30,914 nt of DNA, taken from positions 1-30,914 of the IMG/VR virus record IMGVR_UViG_3300008255_000336; one strand, given 5' to 3'. Positions 1 to 10,078 of the stretch are shown here, in pieces (position 1 is the stretch's first letter; each line of letters opens with the position of its first letter). This DNA is from a virus. Taxonomy: Duplodnaviria > Caudoviricetes. A model generated the notes under the pieces. That model did no database searches, had not been told where the DNA came from, and was given only the letters and a program-made list of their open reading frames with translations. Both the position numbers and the translations under genes were made by a program.

Positions 1-614
1 GTCTCTACGGGTGTGCCAGTTTGTACGGTACTATGGCCGTGCTGATTAGCTGTGTGTTGATGGGTTACGCTGTGAGCGTGATTAGTAGCTCCGACGTTAT
101 CGCCGGCGTCATTACCTGCTTGCGCTCCTCTTAGGTACTTACCCTCACCGGCTGTAAAGTAGGGGAGACTTCTAGTTTTATCTTGTCTCAAAACAATACC
201 GTTAAGAGGGATGAGATTATAGCCTGTTGATCTAATAAAGATTACTGTTTTTGATGGTGGCTTATGATCTACACTTGACCAGTTAGGCGATGCGTCTTGA
301 TCGTTTACTGCGGCCGGCATCGATCCAGAGTTTACCGCTCCGTGATAGTGAGCGCCGATCATATCCTCTGGTGGGTTGTCTTGATGTTGAATATCTGCGG
401 TGTGAGCGTCAGTACCAAAAGTTAAACCGTGTACATGAGCATCGACTGAGTGAGTGTGAGGGTTACTTGTATGTTGGTGAGTATCACTACCACCTTGAGC
501 ATAGGACGCACCGGCTTTAACATTGCGGTCATCCATTCTTGTCTCACGAACCCAATTAGCCGGTATGTCGGCCTCGAGTCCGTAAAATGGTAATACAAGA
601 TTAGGTACTAACAT
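1..614 (-). CDS. Tail fibre protein with tail-collar-like segments and HxH motifs (truncated at window edge; absent from ORF track)
   Basis: Hand translation from ATG 614, 3 nt after the previous stop: MLVPNLVLPFYGLEADIPANWVRETRMD...GGSDTHQHTSNPHTHSVDAHVH...HKPPSKTVIFI...GKYLRGA...GATNHAHSVTHQHTANQHGH. Open to position 1. Confidence 0.8.
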   Translation of the reverse strand, partial: MLVPNLVLPFYGLEADIPANWVRETRMDDRNVKAGASYAQGGSDTHQHTSNPHTHSVDAHVHGLTFGTDAHTADIQHQDNPPEDMIGAHYHGAVNSGSMPAAVNDQDASPNWSSVDHKPPSKTVIFIRSTGYNLIPLNGIVLRQDKTRSLPYFTAGEGKYLRGAQAGNDAGDNVGATNHAHSVTHQHTANQHGHSTVQTGTPVE

Positions 615-617
615 CGT

Positions 618-1451
618 TTAGTATTCTTTTCCGGCCAAGTATCCCTCATAAGCGCTTGTGCCAATTTTTCTAATTACAAAGGTACTGCGCTTGTTAGGAT
701 CGGTGTTGAGGGAAGTATCAGGACTTACCCAAGTGATACCGCTAAACCAAGTAGGACTATAACCACCTGTGGCGTTTTGAATGAAACTAATAGTCATCTT
801 GTCGCCGATCTGCATATTTGTAGGCGCTGTTAAAGTTGGATTGCCGGCTAAGGTTAAAACAAACTGAGAAGATTGAGAGAAGTCAATATCTACTGAGGCG
901 GCATAGATAAGAGTTTCGATCGGGTCAGGTTGTCGCATTAAAACTAATCGACGTCTATCTGTGATCTGTGCGTCTTGAATTGCTGTAGCCTGATCTGCTA
1001 CTAAGACATCACAAAGAATCTCGTAAGGATCGGAAGTACCGAGAGCGGCTTCGATTGCTGATGTAGTAGGTGCTACAGGTGAAGCGGCCGGAGTGCCATC
1101 AACTGCGATAATATCGACAATGTCTGCGGCTTGGCCGTCTGATGCTGGCGTGTTAGTAAGATCAACACGTTTGACTAGAGTAGTGATTCTAGGATTACCA
1201 GAGGTGTTATTATTGATAGGTACGTTTTCGGTAGCATCTGACCAAACAGGACGAGCTAAACTATCTCTCTCTAGGTACATATAACCAAGAGAAACATCAA
1301 CCGACATATTAGCGCCGGCGGCTCTCTCACTTGGTACGAAGTCAGTATCTAGGTTAAAGACACCACCCCTAATAACTAAGTTTGTGATGAGTTGTAAAAA
1401 AGTACCCTCTGGGTGATTTGTGACGTTTGTTTTTACTGTATATGATGACAT
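618..1451 (-). CDS. Minor tail / upper baseplate or fibre-anchoring protein
   Basis: Position in tail module; MSVDVSLG...NPRITTLV...GTPAASPVAP pattern typical of siphophage baseplate/fibre N-termini; C-terminal beta domain (LTLAGNPTL...QNATGG). Confidence 0.65.
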   Translation of the reverse strand: MSSYTVKTNVTNHPEGTFLQLITNLVIRGGVFNLDTDFVPSERAAGANMSVDVSLGYMYLERDSLARPVWSDATENVPINNNTSGNPRITTLVKRVDLTNTPASDGQAADIVDIIAVDGTPAASPVAPTTSAIEAALGTSDPYEILCDVLVADQATAIQDAQITDRRRLVLMRQPDPIETLIYAASVDIDFSQSSQFVLTLAGNPTLTAPTNMQIGDKMTISFIQNATGGYSPTWFSGITWVSPDTSLNTDPNKRSTFVIRKIGTSAYEGYLAGKEY

Positions 1452-1454
1452 GGC

Positions 1455-1694
1455 TTATACTCCCTTTATTACTTTGTCGATTACTTCTAAGTTTGCTATG
1501 TCAAGTTTAGCTTTATCTAGCATTGTTTGGAAGTCGATAACTTTGTACTCGTAGGTCTTTTTTTCTTTCAACTCTCCGGTTTCTTGATCGTAAGTATTGA
1601 AAGTAAAAATAAGTTTGCCATCTTTAACAACTAGGACGGCATGACCACCGGCTACAAGTTGGTTATATTTGGCGATAGCGGTTTCTAGCTTCAT
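1455..1694 (-). CDS. Hypothetical protein with C-terminal coiled coil
   Basis: 79 aa, tightly packed; TATACT lies 6 nt before the ATG. Confidence 0.6.
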   Translation of the reverse strand: MKLETAIAKYNQLVAGGHAVLVVKDGKLIFTFNTYDQETGELKEKKTYEYKVIDFQTMLDKAKLDIANLEVIDKVIKGV

Positions 1695-1734
1695 AGTCTC
1701 AGTATACAGTTTTTACGATATCTTAGCAATTTGC

Positions 1735-3150
1735 CTATCTGAGTTTGTCAAGGTTAGCAGTCAATGTGTGACTATTGCTACCGTTATTTAAAACGACACT
1801 CTCAGTAATAGATCCGCCTACGTAGATATTTTTAACAATCGAAGTGCCTCGCCATATTTTCACGTTGGCAATGTAACCGGTATAAGTGCCGGCCTCATCC
1901 TTCTCACAAGCAATACAGTATTGACTAATCACCTTACCGATTGCCGCACCTGTTAGAGCGATTCTTCTTGTGTGCCACTTACCCAAAGTATCGGCATTAT
2001 GAGCTACACTAGAGGTATGTACGCTCCTGCCGTTTTGATCTGTTAGTCCACTATCACGAAGCGTCCAACCGCTAGCAATAAGATCAAGGTTAATCTCTGC
2101 CCCTGAGTTATCCCAAAATAGATCGAACTCTACAAAGTCACCTGATACGATCGTGTAGTCTGAGACGTTAGTTAAATCAACATATCGGTAAGAGTTAGAA
2201 CCGGCGGCCATTGTGAAAACTCCCCTAATGACCTTATACATGAGATTCCAGATAGTACTCTCGATTTCTTCTGATAATACCTCTACCGTTGGTACTAGAG
2301 CTACATATTTTTTACACCTCAAAAATGTAGATGGTATCGGGTAAACCTTAGCAGAATTGACGGAATCCCAACCAAGCATAGCTACCGCACCGCCCCCATT
2401 TTCGTACCAGTTGTATTGAATCGACTTGATACCGTTCATGTTTACGTTAGCGCTTCTCTCTGTAGTACCCTGATCGACCCAGTTATCGACAATCAAAGAG
2501 CCACCAACGTATAGTCTTTGCCCGTCGTCAGATGAACAGTAAAAAGTAGTTGTGCCTAATCCGTCAGGCTTAACCCAACCCTGCCAATAAATAGATGTCG
2601 TATCAGTCTGATTTCCAACTCCGTTAATTGAAACAACACCACTACCCCAATTATGGCTAACGCTAGTATCGATCGTAGTACCCAAGAAGGTATTAAAACC
2701 TGTGCCGTCATAAATAAACGCCCTGAGTCCCACATCCATAACGGCGTCAATGTCGCTAGTATTGGTAGCGCTAGCAAGGCCGTAGTACATATAAATCAAC
2801 TGCTTAACGGTTGTGCTAGTAGTTGGTATCTTGACGTAGACTGTGGCTGTTGTACTAATTGTTTCGACCCAATGGGGGAGTATGTTACCTAATGGATCGG
2901 CGAATAAGAGATCGGATAGATCGCTATTCATCTTACCGGTATCGACTGTAAAAGTTACGGCTATCTGGTAGTCTGCTACTGCCTGATTTGAAACGCCGAC
3001 TAAAATAGGTCTGCGATAAGCACGACCACCAAGAAAACCGCCCCATCTACCATCGAAACTAAGCAACCACGGTACTAGGTTTTGATGGCCGATTCTGAAA
3101 CGGTCAGTTATTTTATTTCGTGATAATAGTTGTTTGCCAATTCTACCCAT
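1735..3150 (-). CDS. DUF2341 + PA14 domain virion/adhesin protein
   Basis: DUF2341-like YRRPI...DYQIAV...SDLLFAD...LPHWVE...VYVKIP...IYMYYG; PA14 signature SIYWQGWV...SDDGQRLYV...IVDNW...WYENGGGA. Confidence 0.75.
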   Translation of the reverse strand: MGRIGKQLLSRNKITDRFRIGHQNLVPWLLSFDGRWGGFLGGRAYRRPILVGVSNQAVADYQIAVTFTVDTGKMNSDLSDLLFADPLGNILPHWVETISTTATVYVKIPTTSTTVKQLIYMYYGLASATNTSDIDAVMDVGLRAFIYDGTGFNTFLGTTIDTSVSHNWGSGVVSINGVGNQTDTTSIYWQGWVKPDGLGTTTFYCSSDDGQRLYVGGSLIVDNWVDQGTTERSANVNMNGIKSIQYNWYENGGGAVAMLGWDSVNSAKVYPIPSTFLRCKKYVALVPTVEVLSEEIESTIWNLMYKVIRGVFTMAAGSNSYRYVDLTNVSDYTIVSGDFVEFDLFWDNSGAEINLDLIASGWTLRDSGLTDQNGRSVHTSSVAHNADTLGKWHTRRIALTGAAIGKVISQYCIACEKDEAGTYTGYIANVKIWRGTSIVKNIYVGGSITESVVLNNGSNSHTLTANLDKLR

Positions 3151-3151
3151 T

Positions 3152-3460
3152 TTATGCGATCTCTTTACCTGATATGTAGTAAGTAATAGCCGAAGCTGTA
3201 CCAGCTAATCCGGCTATTGTCTCACCAGCATCAAGTACTTGATCCATAAAAGGCAGAGTAATTGTGTCGTTTGCCTCTAGTGTGTGCTGATATAAAACCT
3301 CTGTGCCGGCTAGTTTAAGCGTGATAGTTGCATCTGTGCCGGTTTTATTGCACAAGGTAATAGCCTTAACTACTGCCTGAGTGCTGGCCGGAACTGTGTA
3401 CAATGTGCCTTCGGTTGCGGCTAGTGTACCTTTACAGAGTCTTTTATTAGTTACTGTCAT
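3152..3460 (-). CDS. Small beta-rich virion structural protein
   Basis: TLYTVPAS...VKAITLCN pattern common in phage tail modules; position. Confidence 0.55.
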   Translation of the reverse strand: MTVTNKRLCKGTLAATEGTLYTVPASTQAVVKAITLCNKTGTDATITLKLAGTEVLYQHTLEANDTITLPFMDQVLDAGETIAGLAGTASAITYYISGKEIA

Positions 3461-3462
3461 AA

Positions 3463-3651
3463 TTACATTGCTCCAAAGATGCTAACTTCCATCGGGTTTT
3501 TTGGTAGCCAAGCCGATGTAGCAGAATCATACTCGAGTAAGTCTCCATCTTCTATCGTACCACTAACAGATATACCACCACTAGCACCGTAGCGCTCTAG
3601 TTGATCTAGTCGCCTCTCAAGGTCTTTGATGATTTCTGTTGTTTCTTCCAT
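3463..3651 (-). CDS. Small tail-associated protein
   Basis: LERRLDQLER coiled coil then DGDLLEYDSATSAW fibre-repeat-like motif; overlaps the upstream stop. Confidence 0.55.
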   Translation of the reverse strand: MEETTEIIKDLERRLDQLERYGASGGISVSGTIEDGDLLEYDSATSAWLPKNPMEVSIFGAM

Positions 3652-4676
3652 TATTCAAACCCGATAGTAACTTGTATTGATGAACTTACCGACTTAATTG
3701 TCCTACTAATAACTCTCATTGCTTGGTCGATATCTTCTTCCTCAATTCTAACACCGACCGAATCACCCATCGAATAATCGGTTAGGTTAGGATCTCCGTC
3801 GATGTGTGTAACTGTTACGCTTCTGGTATCCTCTGGTGTGTCGTGATCTACCAAGAACTTGTCGCCACGATCGGCTAACTCTGCGGTATCTTCGACGCCT
3901 TTTTCTGAGAGAGTAGCTTCTGATAATAGCCAGTTAGGTTGATTGGTTGTGTCCTCTCGAACAGATGTAACCATGTCCTCCTCTGAACCCTTACCAAGTA
4001 CTGCTACTTTATTAAAGATGTTGCCGGCCATACTCTCGGTAACTGTCCAGTCGGTAGTATTTCGATTAGTGAAAATGACGTTAGGTTTAGATTGGCCTTT
4101 AGTTGGATAGTAAAAATTAAGTACTTTGTTTTGAGTGATCTCAAAGTCGTAGCCGTCTTTGAGTTTGTAGTTAGACATTCCTACCAGTAAATCAAGTAGG
4201 CTAGTGAATCGTAGAGTACGTTGTCGATTTTTAGTAGTTGGCTGAGTACCTAGAGTTAATCCGAAACTACCGTTAGTCTTTAATTGGCTGATGTTGATTT
4301 CATCCCAAGCAATTACGGCGCTATCTTCACTTGTGTACTTGAGGCCATCGTTACCGGTAATACGAGTATCAAGCATTGCCACGTAGTCACTAATGTAGAG
4401 AGTAACCGTACCACTTTTGCGATTCTGTTTTCTATTGAGTACTAGAGTGTGTAGTAGTGTGCCTTCTCGATAAACTTCGACCTCACGATAGACACCTTTT
4501 AACATTCCGTTGTAGGTTGATTTCAGAGCTTCGGCGTAGTCTTTGAGAGCTTGGTATGAGCAAGTAATAGAACCTTGCACACCACGGTTAAGAGCCTCGG
4601 TGAGCGTAAAATTGAGATGAGGGATATCGAAAACCTCAGTCCCGGCTAGATTCTTTAGTCTAAACTTGTACTCCAT
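3651..4676 (-). CDS. Baseplate hub / Tal-like minor tail protein
   Basis: Directly after Dit; NKVAVLGKG and DYSMGDSVGV...MRVI motifs. Confidence 0.7.
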   Translation of the reverse strand: MEYKFRLKNLAGTEVFDIPHLNFTLTEALNRGVQGSITCSYQALKDYAEALKSTYNGMLKGVYREVEVYREGTLLHTLVLNRKQNRKSGTVTLYISDYVAMLDTRITGNDGLKYTSEDSAVIAWDEINISQLKTNGSFGLTLGTQPTTKNRQRTLRFTSLLDLLVGMSNYKLKDGYDFEITQNKVLNFYYPTKGQSKPNVIFTNRNTTDWTVTESMAGNIFNKVAVLGKGSEEDMVTSVREDTTNQPNWLLSEATLSEKGVEDTAELADRGDKFLVDHDTPEDTRSVTVTHIDGDPNLTDYSMGDSVGVRIEEEDIDQAMRVISRTIKSVSSSIQVTIGFE

Positions 4677-4678
4677 AT

Positions 4679-5512
4679 TTATAGCCCTAAGTAGGCATCA
4701 AAGTAAGTGACGTCTGCGTGGGCTACTTGTGAAGTAGAAACCGTGCTAATTCTTAGCTGATTACTACCAGGCTGTAAACTCCACCAATCACCGGTGATGC
4801 TACTTAATACGTTAGTAATTCCGTTTTTAACGGCTGTCTCATTCTCAAAGTCAAAGTCGATGTAGTCACCAACTCCGAGAGACTCACTACACGATAAAGT
4901 CAAACCTAGAGTATCGTTTACTAAACCGAAACTAGACATATCGCCGTAGACTCTGATTGTTGGTTTCATCTCAGTATTACCAAGATTGACGAACTCTACA
5001 GACTGAGCGCCAGCGCCCACACTAATATCTACAGGCACACCAAAAGGCAAAGAGAAACCGCCACCGGTTGAGATGTAAACACTTTTAACTTTATCCTCAC
5101 CCTTCCAGTAGGGAGTTTTACCTTGCAATCCGATTGTTACGTAGGTGTAGCCCTTGCGATCGCCTTCATCACTTGAGGTAATAGAGGTAGTTACGACGTC
5201 AAGTTTCTTAGTTTTGCCGGCGTCTGTTACGAACTCCAACTCTTTAGTTTTCTGTGATCGATTAAGTGGCAACCTAAACAATTTAATCAAGTTATCTCTA
5301 TTGGTAGCTACTTCGGCCAAAGTATTGCCTTTAACCAAGATCTCGATAATAAGTGAGATGTTTGAGTAGTAGGGAGTGCCAAGAGATACACCGTCCTTAT
5401 TACCTGTTGAAAAGACATCGTGATCGATAGATGGGGCGTACCCCTTAGTGATTTTAGTAGGGGCGCACCAGCTAGTGAGAAAAGATGAACCGGCTATTTT
5501 TGCGCTTTGCAT
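4679..5512 (-). CDS. Distal tail protein (Dit)
   Basis: Follows tape measure; TPYWKG, NLGNTEMKPTIRVYG and WWSLQPGSNQL motifs. Confidence 0.8.
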   Translation of the reverse strand: MQSAKIAGSSFLTSWCAPTKITKGYAPSIDHDVFSTGNKDGVSLGTPYYSNISLIIEILVKGNTLAEVATNRDNLIKLFRLPLNRSQKTKELEFVTDAGKTKKLDVVTTSITSSDEGDRKGYTYVTIGLQGKTPYWKGEDKVKSVYISTGGGFSLPFGVPVDISVGAGAQSVEFVNLGNTEMKPTIRVYGDMSSFGLVNDTLGLTLSCSESLGVGDYIDFDFENETAVKNGITNVLSSITGDWWSLQPGSNQLRISTVSTSQVAHADVTYFDAYLGL

Positions 5513-5513
5513 T

Positions 5514-7499
5514 TTAGTACATTCCCCTTCTGCTTAGTGATATTGCTAACTGTTGATCGACTACTGCTAGGTCAAGATCATTATTGATCGTGTTTTGGAA
5601 AGTCACGTTATTAGTAGTCTCGTTACTTGTTTGGTTGGTTGGCGACAATGCTCTTGAGATATCAGACGAGTATTTAGGTACTACGATACTATCAAGAGTT
5701 GTTTGTACGCCGGTTTTGAGCATATCTAGGCGGTCGTTAATTGACGGTGAGTTTCTCTTATCCATGTCGAAGGCTTCGGCAATGGTAGAGCGAACTTTGT
5801 CGGCAATATCCTTAATAGTTTCCCAAGCTCTTTTAAATGGACTTGTGAGTTTGTCGTAGAGTTGATTACCAAGATCTGCGATCGAACTAACCCACCCTCT
5901 GATTTTATCGAGTACGTCATCGACCATCTTTTGAATCCACTTGATAATAGCCTCGACCATATCAGGGATAATAGAGTGACCGACCAACACATCCCAGAGG
6001 TTTTTAAAGAAGTCGATTATACCTTTGACGAAACCTTTAATAGCGTTGAGTACTGTTTGGATCATTCCACTTATTACATTCCAGATACCCTCGGCGGCTG
6101 TCTTTGTGGACTCCCAGACTTTTTTCCAATCACCGGTAAAGATACCGACGATAATACCCATAATGCCCTGTATAAACTGAGCCATACCGGTAAAGGTTTG
6201 AATGATGTAGGGGAGTGCCTCACTAAATGCGGTCATTATTGCTGAGAGTAAGCCTAGTACTAAGGTGATTACTCCGGCCAGTAAACCGGCTAAGATCTGC
6301 AAAGTATCAACCATAATCGGGCCGAGTGTTTGTAGTAACTCATCGATCATAGGCTTTGAATCTTCGAGAGCTGTTTTAAAGTTGTTGATTGCTGGCGATA
6401 GTAGTCTGAAAAATATATCTGATACACCAGTCAATAAACCTGCTAGTCTGCCCCATAGATCACCCCAATTATTTAGGCTGTCGCTATTAGCAAACATATT
6501 ATCGAAGCCCTGTTGTATCTGAGCGATGATGTCATTGAAGTTGTAGAACGTAATACTTACGTCGTCGATTCTCTCTTTAAAAGCGCCCCATTGACCGCTA
6601 ATGATTTCGAGATAACCCTTTAGAGTATCCATTGATCCGAATACACCGGTAAGTGATTCATTGACTGCCGATAGTGGAGACTCGGCGCTTTGTACCTTAC
6701 TAGCAAAGTTGCCAATTAAACCGCCCAATCTATCGAACACGTCTAGCGCTCTCTCTGCGATTGTGATAACTGCATCGAAAACAGGTTGTAGTTTTTGTAG
6801 TCCGTCGTTCTTTAGATTCTCGAGACGTGCTTTAAACTGCATTGCTTTAGCGGCTGACGATTCAATCTTACCGCCCATTTCTTCCTGCTTTTGTGCGCCC
6901 CATTCAGTAACGGCATTGAGTAGGGCAGTCTTACGCTCTGTGTCTGTTAATTCCTCGGAAGTTTTACCGAGGGCTTTAGCGGCGTTCTCGTAGACCTCGC
7001 CCATCTTTAAAGTGATACCTAAGTTATCCAAAATAAGCGGAGATGCACGACCCACACCAGTAACGATAGAGTCAAGCATATAGCCCACGTCCTCACCCAT
7101 TGCGACGGCCTGAGTCCTAGCAATTTCCATAAGTGACCCCATCTTGTCGATAGGGATACCAAGCATTGAGGCTTTAACCGATTGTTTCATAAGATCAGCG
7201 TTTGAGACTGTCTTGTCGGTCATGTTTTGGAACTGATCTAAAAAGTGCTGAGATGATTTGCCGGCGTTCTCTGATAACTTAGTAAAAGTATTTTGTACGT
7301 CGGTTAATCTACCTGCCTCCTCTGAAAACTTAACACTAGCGGCAGTTGCGGCCGCAAAACCTGCGACTGCTACACCGGCGGCCACTCCGATAGTTTTCAT
7401 ACTTAGACCGGCGTTCTCTGCTGATTTCTGCACCTTCTCAAAGCCTTTGCTGGCTTCGTCTTTTGCCTTGATGATGTATTGCAATACTTCTGTGTTCAT
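5514..7499 (-). CDS. Tape measure protein
   Basis: 661 aa Ala/Gly-rich helical protein; IKAKDEAS N-terminus, GRASPLILDNLGI motif, Trp/Phe periodic repeats, GHSIIPDMV; follows tail chaperone. Confidence 0.9.
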   Translation of the reverse strand: MNTEVLQYIIKAKDEASKGFEKVQKSAENAGLSMKTIGVAAGVAVAGFAAATAASVKFSEEAGRLTDVQNTFTKLSENAGKSSQHFLDQFQNMTDKTVSNADLMKQSVKASMLGIPIDKMGSLMEIARTQAVAMGEDVGYMLDSIVTGVGRASPLILDNLGITLKMGEVYENAAKALGKTSEELTDTERKTALLNAVTEWGAQKQEEMGGKIESSAAKAMQFKARLENLKNDGLQKLQPVFDAVITIAERALDVFDRLGGLIGNFASKVQSAESPLSAVNESLTGVFGSMDTLKGYLEIISGQWGAFKERIDDVSITFYNFNDIIAQIQQGFDNMFANSDSLNNWGDLWGRLAGLLTGVSDIFFRLLSPAINNFKTALEDSKPMIDELLQTLGPIMVDTLQILAGLLAGVITLVLGLLSAIMTAFSEALPYIIQTFTGMAQFIQGIMGIIVGIFTGDWKKVWESTKTAAEGIWNVISGMIQTVLNAIKGFVKGIIDFFKNLWDVLVGHSIIPDMVEAIIKWIQKMVDDVLDKIRGWVSSIADLGNQLYDKLTSPFKRAWETIKDIADKVRSTIAEAFDMDKRNSPSINDRLDMLKTGVQTTLDSIVVPKYSSDISRALSPTNQTSNETTNNVTFQNTINNDLDLAVVDQQLAISLSRRGMY

Positions 7500-7708
7500 T
7501 TTTTAGGTGGGGGGGTAGTTTTTACCTTGTCGGCTACCTCTCTCTGTTTTAAGTATAGCATGGTTAGATTGACAAACTCAGCCGGTAGTTTATCCAACTC
7601 GTCAGGGAAACAATTAAAAATACGGCAAAGGTGTACTTGCTCGAACTCTTGCGGAAGGGGGTAACTTTCGTAACGGAAAAACTTAAAGAGATCTACTTCT
7701 TTTTTTTT
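7496..7708 (-). CDS. Tail assembly chaperone gpT-like extension reached by -1 frameshift
   Basis: A AAA AAG slippery heptamer before the gpG stop; -1 frame reads KEVDLFKFFRYESYPLPQEFEQVHLCRIFNCFPDELDKLPAEFVNLTMLYLKQREVADKVKTTPPPKK and stops overlapping the tape measure ATG (ATGA). Confidence 0.85.
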   Translation of the reverse strand, partial: KKKEVDLFKFFRYESYPLPQEFEQVHLCRIFNCFPDELDKLPAEFVNLTMLYLKQREVADKVKTTPPPKK

Positions 7709-8064
7709 CCGGATTGCATCTTCTCTCTTGTGTCATTGTAAACTTTGACACAATAGTTAAAGATAGGCTCAAATTGATCGGCGTCTAGCTCATCGATGAT
7801 AGAGTTAATTTCGTCTTGATTCTCAACTACTGAGTCACCGCTAACGATCTTTTGAATCATCAAAGGCACGAAGTAGTCCTCAACCTTAGTCATAATATCA
7901 GCGCCAAACTCTAAGCTGGCCGCCTTTAATTCTTTATCTTCGAGACTCGCACCAATCTTACCGAACTCTTGTAATTGTCTGCGATCTGCCTCACGATAAA
8001 CACGCCACGTTAATTTTTCTCTAACGTGTATCTCATATTTGCCGATGTTGAAAACTTTAGCCAT
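7693..8064 (-). CDS. Tail assembly chaperone (gpG-like)
   Basis: Between tail tube and tape measure; ends GKKKK on an A9 run; SD-like AAAAGGA upstream. Confidence 0.85.
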   Translation of the reverse strand: MAKVFNIGKYEIHVREKLTWRVYREADRRQLQEFGKIGASLEDKELKAASLEFGADIMTKVEDYFVPLMIQKIVSGDSVVENQDEINSIIDELDADQFEPIFNYCVKVYNDTREKMQSGKKKK

Positions 8065-8101
8065 TGTGTCCTTTTGTCTATTTTGTTTTTAACTACTAAT
8101 C

Positions 8102-9055
8102 TTAGTAACTGCTTGTTTGGTTAGTCAGTTTAAACTCGTCATAGTGACTGCCTGTTTCGCTGAAAGATTCGAGAGTGATAGGCAATAAAGCCGCACCTTC
8201 GCCGACTTGAGCTAATTCGCCGGTGATAATCTTACAGTTAGGTAGTCCGATATTTAAAGCTGGGTTACTTCCAGTACCGATAGTCTCAGAGCCTACGACA
8301 TCTAAGTCGATTCTTTGAGTTGTGTTGTTTAACATTTCTTGGTACTTAGCGGCTACTGTTGCGTCTAAAATGGCCTCAATGTTGATCTTGACGGTTGAGC
8401 CATTGTTCACTAAGGTATCAGCCTCTTTACTACCGTTTAAAGTAGGGATCAAAGCTAATCCTGAGTTATGCTCTAGCTCAATCTTAGTGATTTGGTCAAA
8501 GACTGCGCTAGCAATTTGGATTGATAAGTTATCGAATACGAAGCGACCAGATGTAGGAGCAACCGGGGTGACGGGTGATGAGGTTACATTACCGGCGGCC
8601 ATTACCTCAGTCTCGAGAGAGATAGCGGCTTGACCTGCTTCTGCGATAAGTTTAAAGACGTTGAAAACTGCACCAGAGAATCGGCGAGTAAGTGATCCGA
8701 ACTTCTGCTCAATGGTGTAACTTTGTTTGGTTAATGCTTCTGCGAAGTCATGCTCGTAAACTGCTGACTCTCCGCCTTTTAGAGCGCTAGTAACGTCTCC
8801 AAGTGCTGACAAGAATACATAACCGGCTAATTCGTGGAAAAGGTCTAATTTGTAGCTACCCTCATGTTTTCTAACACCTTGTAGGATTACGTTAGTTTGA
8901 GCTTGGGTAGATCTTAATTCGCTCTTAGCTTCTGCTGATGGATCGGTAGAGATACCACCTTCACGAGCAATAGGTAATTGAATCGATGGCACAACTGCGG
9001 TGTTGTAGGTTGATTCTTTACCGATGATGACGTGATCTAAGAGTGAGCTTGACAT
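8102..9055 (-). CDS. Major tail tube protein
   Basis: GKESTYNT N-terminus, YEHDF...SYTIEQ...RRFSG motifs; size and position. Confidence 0.85.
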   Translation of the reverse strand: MSSSLLDHVIIGKESTYNTAVVPSIQLPIAREGGISTDPSAEAKSELRSTQAQTNVILQGVRKHEGSYKLDLFHELAGYVFLSALGDVTSALKGGESAVYEHDFAEALTKQSYTIEQKFGSLTRRFSGAVFNVFKLIAEAGQAAISLETEVMAAGNVTSSPVTPVAPTSGRFVFDNLSIQIASAVFDQITKIELEHNSGLALIPTLNGSKEADTLVNNGSTVKINIEAILDATVAAKYQEMLNNTTQRIDLDVVGSETIGTGSNPALNIGLPNCKIITGELAQVGEGAALLPITLESFSETGSHYDEFKLTNQTSSY

Positions 9056-9061
9056 ATATCC

Positions 9062-9250
9062 TTATTTTACGTATTCAAAGAGAGGGTTGTCAATGGTAGC
9101 GTCGGTATCGAAAGTTTCACCGGGCTTAACTACTCTCCCTAAGATTGATACATTCACCGGCATAGTGCCGATGTACTTATACTTGTGGGAGTTTCCCTCA
9201 AGTTTAGGCTTTTCGATTTTTGGTAACTTATTAGAGTTATTTTTTGCCAT
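9062..9250 (-). CDS. Small hypothetical protein preceding tail tube
   Basis: YKYIG...VKPGETFD pattern; TGnTATATT lies 6 nt before the ATG. Confidence 0.6.
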   Translation of the reverse strand: MAKNNSNKLPKIEKPKLEGNSHKYKYIGTMPVNVSILGRVVKPGETFDTDATIDNPLFEYVK

Positions 9251-9269
9251 ACTATCAATATACCATAAA

Positions 9270-9695
9270 TTAGCGGTTAGCGATAATCTCTACATCCACC
9301 TCTATAAAATCAACTCTCATATCCTCGGTGGTTAAGTCTGAGTCTCTACCTGATTTGACACAAACAGTACTGAGTACTGTACCGCCCAGAGTAGGATCTG
9401 AGTCAATGGCGTTTACGATTTCTTGAATGACAACATCTGAGTCGTTGGCCGCTTGTGCATTATCACCGCCGGCTACAAAAGTACGAATAACAAAGTGTAA
9501 TACTCGTCTATTGGCCGCAGTACTGTAAATGCCATTATCAAAACCGTTATGCTCGATACCGGCCGCCGGTTTTGGTGATACTTCGTTAGGCTCGATTGAA
9601 TCAACGACGTTTTTAAGTGCTTTGTTACTGTCGTTTTTTAGAGTAGTGAGGATTGCTGTTAGCGATGTCCTGATGTCAGTAATGAAGTCGGTCAT
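9270..9695 (-). CDS. Tail terminator/completion protein
   Basis: Position; DPTLGGTV motif. Confidence 0.7.
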   Translation of the reverse strand: MTDFITDIRTSLTAILTTLKNDSNKALKNVVDSIEPNEVSPKPAAGIEHNGFDNGIYSTAANRRVLHFVIRTFVAGGDNAQAANDSDVVIQEIVNAIDSDPTLGGTVLSTVCVKSGRDSDLTTEDMRVDFIEVDVEIIANR

Positions 9696-10078
9696 ATACT
9701 GTTCAGTATATCACGCATCGCTTGTCTAAATGAATCGGTGATATACTTACGATTTCGCTCAATAGCAGTAAGTAAGAACCTCTTAGGCTTAATGTACCTA
9801 GTACCCATTTCTTGATATTTTGCGTAGTGAACTTTAGACCCGACCTTAGCTGTTACATTGCCACCGCTACCGGTTGGCTTACCGTCAGACCTAGCATACT
9901 GAGTGATCGATCGACGTAGAGTACCGGACTTAACCGGGGCTATTTGAGTACCCTCACCAGATATTTTAATCACCGCTTTAGTTAAAACTTTAATAGCGGC
10001 CTTTTCCTGAGCCGTGCTTAGCTTCTGCATTTGACGAGCTACTTTACTCCAGTCTGGGGGAATTATATTGATGCTCAT
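9692..10078 (-). CDS. HK97 gp10-like tail component
   Basis: APVKSGTLRRSI...YAKYQEMGT...PKRFL signature. Confidence 0.85.
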   Translation of the reverse strand: MSINIIPPDWSKVARQMQKLSTAQEKAAIKVLTKAVIKISGEGTQIAPVKSGTLRRSITQYARSDGKPTGSGGNVTAKVGSKVHYAKYQEMGTRYIKPKRFLLTAIERNRKYITDSFRQAMRDILNSI

